DNA of 64,000 nt. Origin: a virus. Location: IMG/VR virus record IMGVR_UViG_3300016476_000174, positions 60,115 through 124,114 of that record. The stretch is one strand, 5' to 3'. This document shows, in pieces, positions 29,428 through 39,464 of the stretch. The notes beneath the pieces were generated by a model that was not told the DNA's origin, did no database searches, and was given only the letters and a program-made list of their open reading frames with translations. Position 1 is the stretch's first letter. The number at the start of each line of letters is the position of its first letter. The position numbers and the translations under genes are program-made.

Positions 29428-30444
29428 TTACTGATTCCAGTACTTTTCTACTTTCTTTGTCAAGTCTACCAAGATCTCTTCATTCAAAGGGTTCTTTAAG
29501 TATTCTACACAATCACTAGGAGTACGTCCTAACATTGTTGTAGTTTCCATATGGTAGATAAATCCGTCAGCCTTAGTTGCAATAAACTTGTAATATGTAC
29601 AATCTTTTACAATAGCTCTAATCTTTAATGTTTCCATATCTAGAGTAGCAGCATCTAAGAATCTCTGAGCGGTCTTACGCTTATCTTTCTCAACAAGATC
29701 ACCGTTAATAAACTTATCCATGTTGTCATAGATAATATCATTTGGTGTAGACTTCTTATATTGAGCACTGTTAGGATCTAACACTTTTGCTACATATAGA
29801 AGTTTATTCTGGTTCTTGTCAAATAACTTCTGAAGTTCAGCAAGAGCTTTATTACGCATCTTCTTAACTTCTGTTTGTACTGAAGCTGTTTCTTCAAGCT
29901 TATCTAAGTAAAACTTAGGAGGAACTGGCATTCTGCGAGCTTCTTCTAAGCTTTTAGCTACAATTGAAAAACCTCCTGCTTCAATAGCATATAATCTAAT
30001 TAGATCATATGGATCTTTATCAGGTTCTAAGTAACTTGGTTCGTTACCACATCTAATTTTAATCTTATCCCAAAACTCAGAATTATCAGGTTTCATCAAC
30101 TTGATCTTATTCCAGAAGTTTTCATCTGTAGGATCAACTACATTAGCTGCTAGTTCTTTTTCTAACTGTGCAACTATTACACGGATCTGTTTAACTTTAG
30201 CTTCTTGCTCATCTGCAGGTAGCCCTTTAACATCTGGAGAAAACTCATTTAATCCAGTAATGTATCTTTTGATACCGTTAATCTCAAGACAAGCTAATTG
30301 TTCCTCGTGGAACGCTCCGTCAAAAAGACTTAATCCATACTTCTGTAGTCCCATATTGTCTACATTAGGATCAAAAAATGGTCTAATGGCAACAGTGGAC
30401 TTCTTGTTTTGTGGATACTTCTCCACGATTGTTACTCCGCTCAT
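29428..30444 (-). CDS. Conserved crAss-like protein downstream of MCP
   Basis: 338 aa; synteny with crAss-like capsid module. Confidence 0.5.
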   Translation of the reverse strand: MSGVTIVEKYPQNKKSTVAIRPFFDPNVDNMGLQKYGLSLFDGAFHEEQLACLEINGIKRYITGLNEFSPDVKGLPADEQEAKVKQIRVIVAQLEKELAANVVDPTDENFWNKIKLMKPDNSEFWDKIKIRCGNEPSYLEPDKDPYDLIRLYAIEAGGFSIVAKSLEEARRMPVPPKFYLDKLEETASVQTEVKKMRNKALAELQKLFDKNQNKLLYVAKVLDPNSAQYKKSTPNDIIYDNMDKFINGDLVEKDKRKTAQRFLDAATLDMETLKIRAIVKDCTYYKFIATKADGFIYHMETTTMLGRTPSDCVEYLKNPLNEEILVDLTKKVEKYWNQ

Positions 30445-30473
30445 GTTTGGTTTGTTTGGTTTTTATTATAACT

Positions 30474-30630
30474 GGTTACATCTTGTAACCTTTTATAGAA
30501 CCTATTAGGAGTTGCGAGCTCCCCATGTGATCAATCATGGTACGCATACAATAGGTGGTCTGCAGATACTATCTACAGAGGGGGTTTTACATATCTTTTG
30601 GCAGGGGATTTTAACCCCCTGCCTTAGATA
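30474..30630 (-). ncRNA. Structured intergenic RNA downstream of MCP
   Basis: Four consecutive stems, including a three-way junction closed by ACCTATT/AATAGGT. Confidence 0.45.
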
Positions 30631-30637
30631 CTATTTT

Positions 30638-32257
30638 TTAGAATGATCCTCCAGTAACTGGGTTTCTCATAACAATCTTCAACACCTTAGTTGGGTCTTT
30701 TACCCAGATTGCTGGCATTGTTTGTGTCATGAATACACGGTAACCGTTGAACTGTCCAGAAGACTGGAAGCCTTGAGTACGTCCCATGTAGTCCATTGTA
30801 CCGTTTTGGTAGAACCACTTCAATTGATTATCCCAAGATAACTTCAACAAGTAGATGTTGTCGTTAGTGTTCTCAGTAATATCAAAGATAATGAAATTAT
30901 AAGAAGATAATGGGAAACCATCAATAATTGGGTTCTCAATATCATTAGTATGGATGTTATCAAACGCTGGGTTTAATACAAACTTAACGTTAGCCAAGAA
31001 CGGAATAACGTATTGAGTGTATGCAAAACCAAAGTTTAAGTCCATACCTTTACCAGTGATAGCTCCTACTTCTGATGCATTGATTACCAATCCAGAGTTG
31101 ATAGCTTCACGCTTGATAGCTTCGTTAACAAGCTTCATACCACCAAGGCCAGTTTGTACAACCAATTGACGCTTAGGATCTGGACCTTGGAACTCAACTT
31201 TACCATTAAAGAAGTTGAAGATCTCAGATTTAAACAAGTCTAAGTTGAATGAACCTTTGTTGTAAATACGCTTGTAAGAGTTATCTAACTGCTTCCAAAG
31301 ACCTACAGAAAGACGGATATCATCTGGACCATCTTGCTTAACTTTACCACCTTGTCCCCACATTAAGTAAGTTTCAATGTCGTTAGCAATCTTAGTCAAA
31401 TGAGCAGCTTCCATAGAAGTTAAGAATGTACGAGTTAACTGACCTGATTGGTAAGCTTTCTTTACATAATCTTTACCCATTTTAGAAGCCATGTCTTCTA
31501 AAGAAGAAACAGATGGATCAACACTCTTGTCAAAGTTTCTCCACATTTCAATAACTGGAACTGTTCCGTCAGCTTTCATTCCACCTTTCATCATTAAGTC
31601 AGCACGAGAGCTAACAGAATAGTGAACGTGAGCTTCAGCACCACCTACATAGTTGTAGAATTCACGGAATCCAGCGTTGATGTTACCGATATCAGAGAAA
31701 CGCTCACCGTATTCACCACGAGCAGAACCTTTACGGAACACCTTAGTACCAACTTTAAGATATTTGTTATCCAAATACTTAGCGTTGTCGTTGTTTACCA
31801 ACTGAACAGTGTAGATGAAACCGTCACCAGCTGGGATAATATCGTCAGCAGTGATGTACATTTCAACACCATTGTACTTGTCATAAGTGATGATATCACC
31901 ATGACCAAAAGAACGCTTGTTTAATTTAATCTTGAAAGACTGACCATCAATACCTTTAGTGGCATTAGCTGATTCAATATCTTCTGTAATGTATGGAAGA
32001 TCCTGCGTTACTGGAATCTGCCACTTGTACTCACCACGTGCGTTATCTACAGAGATAACGTTCTTACCGCCAAAGCTAGACATCTGGTACAAAGGCATTT
32101 CTACTTTTTGTGCCATAGCCCATAAATCTACAGGACCTAAATCTGTAGGTTCTGCTGACTTCAGCAAGTTTGAAAGGTGGTAGCTGTCTACGTGCGAGCT
32201 AGTTTGATAGCTGGTATCTCGTAGAAATATACCATTGTTCAAAACTGGAGTTGCCAT
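30638..32257 (-). CDS. Major capsid protein (crAss-like)
   Basis: 539 aa; strong codon bias; GEYKW N-terminal and IWVKDPTK C-terminal motifs; position after portal and acidic protein. Confidence 0.85.
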   Translation of the reverse strand: MATPVLNNGIFLRDTSYQTSSHVDSYHLSNLLKSAEPTDLGPVDLWAMAQKVEMPLYQMSSFGGKNVISVDNARGEYKWQIPVTQDLPYITEDIESANATKGIDGQSFKIKLNKRSFGHGDIITYDKYNGVEMYITADDIIPAGDGFIYTVQLVNNDNAKYLDNKYLKVGTKVFRKGSARGEYGERFSDIGNINAGFREFYNYVGGAEAHVHYSVSSRADLMMKGGMKADGTVPVIEMWRNFDKSVDPSVSSLEDMASKMGKDYVKKAYQSGQLTRTFLTSMEAAHLTKIANDIETYLMWGQGGKVKQDGPDDIRLSVGLWKQLDNSYKRIYNKGSFNLDLFKSEIFNFFNGKVEFQGPDPKRQLVVQTGLGGMKLVNEAIKREAINSGLVINASEVGAITGKGMDLNFGFAYTQYVIPFLANVKFVLNPAFDNIHTNDIENPIIDGFPLSSYNFIIFDITENTNDNIYLLKLSWDNQLKWFYQNGTMDYMGRTQGFQSSGQFNGYRVFMTQTMPAIWVKDPTKVLKIVMRNPVTGGSF

Positions 32258-32305
32258 AAGGCTTTTAAATTTAAAGGGTTAATAATAAATTAAGTTAATT
32301 GTAAA

Positions 32306-33589
32306 TTAGCGTTTAAAAATGTTTGTAGGTCTAGCAATCTTTCTAGTCCTATTTTCATCTTCATCCTGATAAGTAGAAACGTTTTTACGACTTTGTTCAG
32401 TCTTTAACTGTCTCACTGTTTGTTCTACCGCTTGGTTCTTCCCTTGTTTTACAAGGTTCTGACGGTATTCTTCAGGATTAGATAGTAACCAAAGTGCTTC
32501 AGCAATCAATGGATAGTTAGGTTCTACAAACTGGTACTTCTCTAAAAGATGACCTAACTGGTTAGTTGGTCGTCCACTAATAGAAGGATAGTTAGGTTGA
32601 ACTAATCCACTATATAACTGAGCTTGAGTCTTTTTATCTAGCTTAAGTCCATTAATCTCAGCTGGTCTAAGAGCTTCAAATACATTTTTCATGTATGTTT
32701 CAGCTGCCTGCTCCTGTTGCTGCTTTCTGTTTTCTTGTTCTGCAATCTGAGATTGTACAATCTCTTCCTGCATCTGATCCAACTTAGGCTTAAACTGCTT
32801 GGCTTTTTTCTCTAGTACTCCTAGATCTTTCCAAGTAGTTAGTTCTTCTTCAATCTCCTCTTCTGTACCAAAACCAGTAGCTTGTAAATAAGACTTTACA
32901 ATACCTTCTTGGTCATTCTCATCAGTAGGATCTAGTTGACGAACTTGTTCAACTTGAGCTAGAGCTTGGAAAAGACCTTTTAAATCTTGTCCTCCATCTG
33001 CTACGTACTTAGCTGCATATTGCAACTCCTCTGGTAATGACTCAAAAAACTCTTGTGGAGTTTTAGCAGCAACTTCTTGTTTTAAGTTATCAATGTTGGC
33101 TTGCCATAGCTCCTCAACATCTTTCTCTCCAAGACCACTTAAGTAATCTTCTAAAGACTGCTTACTCTCATCATAATCATCAAAGGCAAACATTTCCTTT
33201 GACTCAATACGTTTTTTAAGAAACTCTACTAAGCCAGACTTTTCTGTCTTAGGTCTTCCACCTTTAGATTTAGTAGATTGATCATCATCACCATCTTGGT
33301 CATCATTATCATCTACATTCACAAGGTCATCAATAAAGTCTTTAGCTGCTGCAGGATCTTCTACCTTTTTGTCATCAGCTGGATCTTTATCATCATCCGC
33401 ATTATCATCATCCTCATCTAAAAAGTTTGTATCAAACTTTCCTTGACTAAAGATGTTAGGTTTTTGATCTTTCTTATCTTCAGTAGTAGGAGTTACGATG
33501 CTATCTGCACCTGGTGCTCCTAACCAACTATCAATGTCAAGATCTACTTGCTGCACAGATGTCTGCACATTGTTTTGATTATCAGTCAT
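32306..33589 (-). CDS. Acidic scaffold-like protein
   Basis: Asp/Glu-rich N-terminus, coiled coils; lies between portal and MCP. Confidence 0.55.
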   Translation of the reverse strand: MTDNQNNVQTSVQQVDLDIDSWLGAPGADSIVTPTTEDKKDQKPNIFSQGKFDTNFLDEDDDNADDDKDPADDKKVEDPAAAKDFIDDLVNVDDNDDQDGDDDQSTKSKGGRPKTEKSGLVEFLKKRIESKEMFAFDDYDESKQSLEDYLSGLGEKDVEELWQANIDNLKQEVAAKTPQEFFESLPEELQYAAKYVADGGQDLKGLFQALAQVEQVRQLDPTDENDQEGIVKSYLQATGFGTEEEIEEELTTWKDLGVLEKKAKQFKPKLDQMQEEIVQSQIAEQENRKQQQEQAAETYMKNVFEALRPAEINGLKLDKKTQAQLYSGLVQPNYPSISGRPTNQLGHLLEKYQFVEPNYPLIAEALWLLSNPEEYRQNLVKQGKNQAVEQTVRQLKTEQSRKNVSTYQDEDENRTRKIARPTNIFKR

Positions 33590-33612
33590 TTTGTTTGGTT
33601 TTTATGTGTATC

Positions 33613-33631
33613 TCTACATAATTAATATACA
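33613..33631 (-). promoter_or_regulatory. Putative phage late promoter (GTATATTA motif)
   Basis: TGTATATTAATTATGTAGA upstream of scaffold-MCP. Confidence 0.45.
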
Positions 33632-33677
33632 ACTTAAATCTTAAAAATTTACTTTTACCGTAATTTTTTTATCTAAG

Positions 33678-33698
33678 GTATGGATAATAGAGCTATAA
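33678..33698 (-). promoter_or_regulatory. 21-bp conserved intergenic element, copy 1
   Basis: TTATAGCTCTATTATCCATAC, identical to 53151..53171 in sense orientation. Confidence 0.6.
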
Positions 33699-33704
33699 TT
33701 ATTT

Positions 33705-36449
33705 CTACTTTTTCTTAGAAGTTCCACCTACATCATACTTGTTCTTATTTTCACGAGCAATCTGTAGTTGTTTATCTGCAATTTCTCTTTGAGTCTGGAT
33801 CTTCTCACGCTCAATATTAAGCTTCTGAGCACCTTGTTCTTTTCTAGTCATCTCAGTTTCACGTTTCAAGTTCATCTGATCTTGGTAACGTTGTTCCTGA
33901 CGAATACCTTCTAAAGCATCTTGGTAATCAGACTGCTCATTTTTATTAATGTCTACACTAGCACCGTATCCAGCTGCTCTAATCTCAGCCACTGTAAGCT
34001 GAGTTTGTCTATCTAGATCAGCTTGTTCAGCTTTAAACTGTAGATCCATCTGCTTCTGACGTTCTTGTGACTCAATCATCTGCTGTTGTAACTCTTGTTG
34101 CTGCTGCATTTCTGCCTGCTTAGCTGCTTGAGTTTTTTGTTCAGCATCTTTAAGAACACCTGTTAACTCTGCAATAGACTCTGATTTGATTACATTACCT
34201 AAGTCATAGATAGATGCACCAGTAGTATTGTTATTAAGAGCAAGTTGTTTAAGCTGCTCCATTACAGCACGTGAGTTAGTTTTTGTTGTACAGAAGATAT
34301 TTAAGTCTCTCATTAACAACTCAGTACCGTTCATTTCAAAATTAACCTTCTCATCCTTAGATGTAATGTACTGAAGACGTACACTTGGTTTTTTAGAATG
34401 ATAGTATTGAGCTAAGTCTGTACGCATCTGATGAACTCTAGGCATTAAGTTATCAGAATGTTGAATGAAATATTGTTCTGTCTGTGCATAAGAAGCATTC
34501 ATAGCCTGCTCTACACCAGTTGCTGTTTCTTGAGCAATAGTCTGACCCATACGTTGTGGGTTAAGACCAATCACTTCAAAAGCTTGGTTCTTAAAGTAGC
34601 TAGCTAGATTTACACGAGAAAGTAAACGATTAGTTTGTTCTAAGTTTAATACTTGGTAGTGTTGAAAGTTAAGAGCATTCTCAGTGTTAGTAATAGATGT
34701 ATCTAACGGTAACATCTGGAAGTTCTTCATAGCAACATAAGCCTTAGCCATGTTGTTCTTACCCCAATCCTCACCCATAGAATGACGTGGTAACGAGTTT
34801 TGATCTAACATGATCACTGTACCAAGTTCATCTACAAGGATATCTGCAATCTGATTGTTTACAATATTGTATCCAATCTGATATGGCTTCATGAGGTCTA
34901 CCAATGAAATACTGCGGGTATTACGATCACCAAATACAGAACCTTCCACTGGAAGTTTACACCCATAAAGTGTAGCATCACCTTTAAACTGGAATGGAAT
35001 ACGTCCCGGTTTACCACCATTAAGTCCTAAGTAAATAGGATTGATACCTCCAGGATTATTCATACCCCAGAAAGCAGGACGGTTAGGGCCTATTTTAATA
35101 CCACCCCATGTTTCGTTAATCCAGATCCAATCAATATGCTCACCAAAGATTAAGTTGTCTTTAGACTTTTGCTTGTATATAGAAGTGTTATACAAAGGTT
35201 TATCTGTAACCTTGTAGTTTTCTCCAATGATATCTTGGATAATTTCCCCCTCTTCAGTAATCTTAGTCAAGTGACCAATCTTACGTTGAGATTTCCAATA
35301 GATTGTAGATACACGTAATAAGTGTGACTTACCAAAGTCTACTGTGTCCTCAGAATCAGCTAAGATCCATTCTACAATATCTCCAGTACCAAACTGTGTA
35401 TCATATAAAGAAGCATATTGTCTGTATCCCAATGATGGCATTTCTGTATTCCAATCATGAGATTTAGTAGGATCATAGTAAGTACCATCATTCTGGTATC
35501 CTTGTACAGCATATCCTGCTGAACGTACAGGATAAATAGCTTCTAATGATTCTAACTGATCTTGAGTCATCATCCAGCCATACTTATCAATAACATCTGA
35601 TACAGACATCATATCCATTTTACCTACCCAGTTACCCTGAGAGATATAACGTACATCTGGAGACTTATGATAGAACGTAAGCAATGGGTTCCAAAGCTCT
35701 ACATCATAATCATCTTCGTTTAACTTAAAATGCCAGAACTCACGGTCAGTGATAAGCATATCTCTGAATGCACGTTCTTCTAACTCTTGCATTTTAAATC
35801 TTTCTTCATCTACTGACATCTGGTGGGTAGCCCACTCTTCAATCATAGATCTATAATCTTTACGGAAAAATCCTTCAATCTCTGGAAGCTTTTGTAGATT
35901 TTCTGGGGCTAAAGCTTTCTGCATTTCTTCAGATTCTAGCTCAATACCCATGTTCATCATCTCAATCATCATCTTCCTCTCAGCATCCTCTAGTAGCACC
36001 TTTTCTACCATAGAACGCTTTTCTTCCATCATCTCATTGTATGAAATGTCATCAATAGCCTTAAACATTATACGTGAGCTTCTTTTAGAAAACTCATTAC
36101 ATAAGACATTGATTACGTTTGGAATAATAGGATAGAACTTAAGTTCTAATGCTGACTCGTCTTCTTTAGTTAATGTGTCAATAAGATCAGCCATCTCATT
36201 GTCTTCTTCTACAATGTAGTCAGCTTTATCAATAATACCCTTAGCCAGCTTGTAGTTCTTCATAAGTCTACGAGCATTACGTCTAAGCTGTTTCATACCT
36301 TGGAACTCTAGCCAATCTAGGTTCCATGCTCTCCACTCCTCGTCCTTTTCTTTTTCAGCTATAAACTGGATAGGCTGGGTAAGTGTACCCATCTTATTGT
36401 AATCAGCCTTTTTTCCAGATTTTAGATCTAGAGCATTGTATATCTGCAT
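33705..36449 (-). CDS. Portal protein (crAss-like)
   Basis: 914 aa; YPIIPNVINVL and SLVDLMKPYQIGYNIV motifs; Gln-rich C-terminal coiled coil; near terminase. Confidence 0.85.
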   Translation of the reverse strand: MQIYNALDLKSGKKADYNKMGTLTQPIQFIAEKEKDEEWRAWNLDWLEFQGMKQLRRNARRLMKNYKLAKGIIDKADYIVEEDNEMADLIDTLTKEDESALELKFYPIIPNVINVLCNEFSKRSSRIMFKAIDDISYNEMMEEKRSMVEKVLLEDAERKMMIEMMNMGIELESEEMQKALAPENLQKLPEIEGFFRKDYRSMIEEWATHQMSVDEERFKMQELEERAFRDMLITDREFWHFKLNEDDYDVELWNPLLTFYHKSPDVRYISQGNWVGKMDMMSVSDVIDKYGWMMTQDQLESLEAIYPVRSAGYAVQGYQNDGTYYDPTKSHDWNTEMPSLGYRQYASLYDTQFGTGDIVEWILADSEDTVDFGKSHLLRVSTIYWKSQRKIGHLTKITEEGEIIQDIIGENYKVTDKPLYNTSIYKQKSKDNLIFGEHIDWIWINETWGGIKIGPNRPAFWGMNNPGGINPIYLGLNGGKPGRIPFQFKGDATLYGCKLPVEGSVFGDRNTRSISLVDLMKPYQIGYNIVNNQIADILVDELGTVIMLDQNSLPRHSMGEDWGKNNMAKAYVAMKNFQMLPLDTSITNTENALNFQHYQVLNLEQTNRLLSRVNLASYFKNQAFEVIGLNPQRMGQTIAQETATGVEQAMNASYAQTEQYFIQHSDNLMPRVHQMRTDLAQYYHSKKPSVRLQYITSKDEKVNFEMNGTELLMRDLNIFCTTKTNSRAVMEQLKQLALNNNTTGASIYDLGNVIKSESIAELTGVLKDAEQKTQAAKQAEMQQQQELQQQMIESQERQKQMDLQFKAEQADLDRQTQLTVAEIRAAGYGASVDINKNEQSDYQDALEGIRQEQRYQDQMNLKRETEMTRKEQGAQKLNIEREKIQTQREIADKQLQIARENKNKYDVGGTSKKK

Positions 36450-36454
36450 GATAT

Positions 36455-36769
36455 TTAATTATTTAAGTCTGCTGGTTCATCAGCAATTGTAGTAGTAAAT
36501 GATGAAGAACTAGTTGATAAAGTAGTACCAGAACTAGAAAAACCACTAAGAAATGTTGGATAGCTAACTGTATAAGGATTAGTAGTTCCTATTCCAGTAT
36601 TAATCCAAGTAGATGTACCTGTTTGTGGAACATATGCTTGTTTAGGCTCTTCCACTGGTAGTTCTTCTTCCTGTAAAAGAAGTAAAGCTTCCTCTAAAGT
36701 GAGAGAGCTTTCCTTAATTAATCTAGAAAGAATAGTTACTTTTTGAGTATGAAGTTCTTGATTATCCAT
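36455..36769 (-). CDS. Hypothetical protein
   Basis: ORF between terminase and portal. Confidence 0.55.
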   Translation of the reverse strand: MDNQELHTQKVTILSRLIKESSLTLEEALLLLQEEELPVEEPKQAYVPQTGTSTWINTGIGTTNPYTVSYPTFLSGFSSSGTTLSTSSSSFTTTIADEPADLNN

Positions 36770-36771
36770 AG

Positions 36772-38967
36772 TTATCTCATATTTTTAAAAGGATTACGTG
36801 GGCCTTTTGAACCCAATGTACTACCTTTAGAGCCACCGATATGTCTAAAGGGGCTCCAATTTAATTTACTAAATTTCTGGGAGTTATCCAAGTTTTCTTT
36901 TGTAACTTCTACACGTTTAGTCAGTCCTCTGTTACTCTGTTGTACCTTTGCAAATGCTATAAGAGCACAAAATGCTACCAAACGGTCAACGTTTAAGCCA
37001 TCTCTGTAGGCTTGCATCTCACGTAACAACATAATATCTGGTATACGTTCTGCACCATATATTGTTTTTACAATATCACCATTTTCTTTTGTCTCATGAT
37101 CTAGCTCTTCTTTTAAAAATTCTATACCATATGATAACACAGTACCCTTAAAGAGTGTACCAACGTTCTTCCAGCCATACTCTTGGAATACATTACGGTT
37201 GGCTCCAATATCTTTTAAGAACAAGATCATATCTTTTGGTACAAGATATCTTTGTTTTTTCTTACTTATCATGTATTGAATAAATAAAGCTACGTTATTT
37301 TCCACAACTGTCCAAGCATTATACCATTCTATAAGAAGCTCTAGTCTTTCATGAGTTTTGTTAAGATCATCAAAACGTCCACACCATGATGCTACAATCA
37401 TGTCACGTTCTATCTCGTTTTTAACTCTACCATTACCATCATCTTTAATGACCTCCACTGGATTCTTATATACGTATATAGAACATAGTGATTCAGATGT
37501 AGTGGTCTTACCTTCCCCAACAGGGTCCACAGAAGCATAATACATCCCAAATGGTGGATCTTTATGTGGTCTTTCGTATACACAGATCACTCCTTCTTTA
37601 TCTTCAGTCTTTTTAGATATAGGAAACTCCATGATAGGAATCTTTCTAGACGGTTTATCTACTATCTTACCTTCAGCATTTCTAGAAAGCTCAATATATT
37701 CTATAGGATATTCTTTATCTTGAATACGTTGCATCTGTTTAGCAACTAAGTGTGGAGGGAACACACTCACTTTACGTGTAGCAAAAGCTTCTTCAATACA
37801 ACGAGGTTGCTGAGAAACAGTAAGTTGATAAGCTGCTGGATCTAAATCCTTCTTCATCTTTTCAAATTCTTTCTCTAAAGCTTCTAAAGCTTCCTCCACC
37901 TTAGAATTACCCCACTGATCTATATAAGGAGGCATAGACCACTGTTCTGGAATAAATAGACCTGTTACAGCAATTGTTCCATCCTTGTCTACAAGATTAC
38001 TTTCCACTCCATAAAAACCATTTTCTTCTGGATGCATGATGTATTCTTTCATTGGCTCACACTGATCCAAGTCACCGACTGATCCAGCTGCAATAAACTG
38101 ACCAGTAATCATATGACCAGATTTTAATGCTGGCTTCATGAAACCATATGTATCATCCATCTTAGGTGCGATACCAGCTTCCTCGTGAAAGAAATAGGTT
38201 ACAGGTCCACCGACACCATGAGTAGGATCTTTTTCAAATGAGTAAAGGTTAATTGTAGATTTTAAACCTTTGTATGTATCACGACCACCTACCCTCACTT
38301 TAATCTGTTGTTGCCATGCCCCCACCTTATCAGGTTCAGCTGGACGATACCAGGCTGTATGTTCATTTAAGAAGTTCTTATACTCATTAAGAAACTTCCA
38401 TGAGCCTTTCTCGTTAATGTAATCTTTTAATGAAGCACCAATCTTTAATACAGCTCCTTCCTCAAACCAATACTGGTTAATCAATTTAGCCATATGGAAA
38501 TAAGAGGATGCTATCTGACGCTTCTTTAGAATAATAGCATGCTTCCAATGTAGTTCGGCTAAATGTTCATATAGAGCCATATGATATTGAGCATCCCTTA
38601 CTTTAGCAAAGTCAAACCTTTTTTCTTCTTTATCATAGATAGGTAAAAAGTTTAACCACATATAATAGTCTCTACTTACATACCATGTCTTACCATCATC
38701 TTTTACAATAATACCATTACGACACTTAAGCTTTTGATCATCCCAGTAGGCAATAAAGTCTTTTGTCTTTACAGGAGCTACACAGTAATATCCTTGTTTC
38801 TGAAACTTACGACCTTCTTCATTAAAGATCTTACTAGTCTCATTAAACTCATACTTACCGGGCTCTTTAAAAATAGATAATAAAAAGTCTCTAAACTCCT
38901 CTCTTGTATAGAAAGTTGTTACATCCCATTGTCCATTTTCATATGTAGGTACTTCCTTAAACATCAA
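36772..38967 (-). CDS. terL: Terminase large subunit
   Basis: LKKRQIASS Walker A variant, FFHEEAG Walker B, SVDP nuclease motif, DRLVA. Confidence 0.9.
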   Translation of the reverse strand: MMFKEVPTYENGQWDVTTFYTREEFRDFLLSIFKEPGKYEFNETSKIFNEEGRKFQKQGYYCVAPVKTKDFIAYWDDQKLKCRNGIIVKDDGKTWYVSRDYYMWLNFLPIYDKEEKRFDFAKVRDAQYHMALYEHLAELHWKHAIILKKRQIASSYFHMAKLINQYWFEEGAVLKIGASLKDYINEKGSWKFLNEYKNFLNEHTAWYRPAEPDKVGAWQQQIKVRVGGRDTYKGLKSTINLYSFEKDPTHGVGGPVTYFFHEEAGIAPKMDDTYGFMKPALKSGHMITGQFIAAGSVGDLDQCEPMKEYIMHPEENGFYGVESNLVDKDGTIAVTGLFIPEQWSMPPYIDQWGNSKVEEALEALEKEFEKMKKDLDPAAYQLTVSQQPRCIEEAFATRKVSVFPPHLVAKQMQRIQDKEYPIEYIELSRNAEGKIVDKPSRKIPIMEFPISKKTEDKEGVICVYERPHKDPPFGMYYASVDPVGEGKTTTSESLCSIYVYKNPVEVIKDDGNGRVKNEIERDMIVASWCGRFDDLNKTHERLELLIEWYNAWTVVENNVALFIQYMISKKKQRYLVPKDMILFLKDIGANRNVFQEYGWKNVGTLFKGTVLSYGIEFLKEELDHETKENGDIVKTIYGAERIPDIMLLREMQAYRDGLNVDRLVAFCALIAFAKVQQSNRGLTKRVEVTKENLDNSQKFSKLNWSPFRHIGGSKGSTLGSKGPRNPFKNMR

Positions 38968-39235
38968 TATCTAATGATTTATTAATAGCATCTATATCAC
39001 CCTGACCTCTATGGATTAAGTACTCAAGTGTAGTTATTTCTTTACTACGTAATATACCTTTTATATTATAGTTGCTCCAATATGCATTGTATAAATGTCT
39101 TGGTACTGCATTCCATAACTCAGTGTATGGATTAAAATGAAATATCCAATCATGCATAAACTCATATTTTACATCTGTATCTACAGCTGCAAACTCTTTG
39201 ATGTTTTCATAATCTGTGTACACTTCTTGTTTCAT
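38957..39235 (-). CDS. Hypothetical protein
   Basis: Start moved to MKQEVY because the longer ORF overlaps tRNA-Leu. Confidence 0.6.
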   Translation of the reverse strand: MKQEVYTDYENIKEFAAVDTDVKYEFMHDWIFHFNPYTELWNAVPRHLYNAYWSNYNIKGILRSKEITTLEYLIHRGQGDIDAINKSLDIDV

Positions 39236-39258
39236 AGCTTTAATGTTTAAAAAGTTTG

Positions 39259-39340
39259 TGCCCCATGAGAGACTCGAACTCTCACACCTTACGGAACCAG
39301 ATCCTAAGTCTGGCGTGTCTACCAATTTCACCAACGGGGC
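39259..39340 (-). tRNA. tRNA-Leu (anticodon TAG)
   Basis: GCCCCGT/ATGGGGC acceptor; D loop GAAATTGGTAGAC; CCAGA-CTTAGGA-TCTGG anticodon arm; TTCGAGT T loop; CCA not encoded. Confidence 0.93.
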
Positions 39341-39343
39341 CTT

Positions 39344-39460
39344 ATAGGAAAGCAGAAGATGGGTGCGTGGACATCTGCTTTTACAACTGGCATTTCTAAC
39401 CGATCACGTACAACAGCCCTTTCTACAGTTAAAAGCTGTACGCTATTCCAGTTAACCTAT
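39344..39460 (-). ncRNA. Unknown structured RNA between the tRNA-like gene and tRNA-Leu
   Basis: Nested stems ATAGG/CCTAT, TAACTGG/CCAGTTG, GCGTACAGC/GTTGTACGT, plus AAAGCAGA/TCTGCTTT. Confidence 0.5.
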
Positions 39461-39464
39461 TATG

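Noticed and set aside
33705-38967. Inteins or introns in portal and terminase
   Set aside because: ORFs are continuous, with no intein terminal or homing-endonuclease motifs seen
39236-39334. N-terminal extension of ORF 38957..39334
   Set aside because: It is the translation of the tRNA-Leu gene
39344-39460. HDV-like/theta ribozyme next to tRNA (TCCACGC resembles the L3 loop)
   Set aside because: I could not build the P3, P1 and P1.1 pairings or the J4/2 element around it
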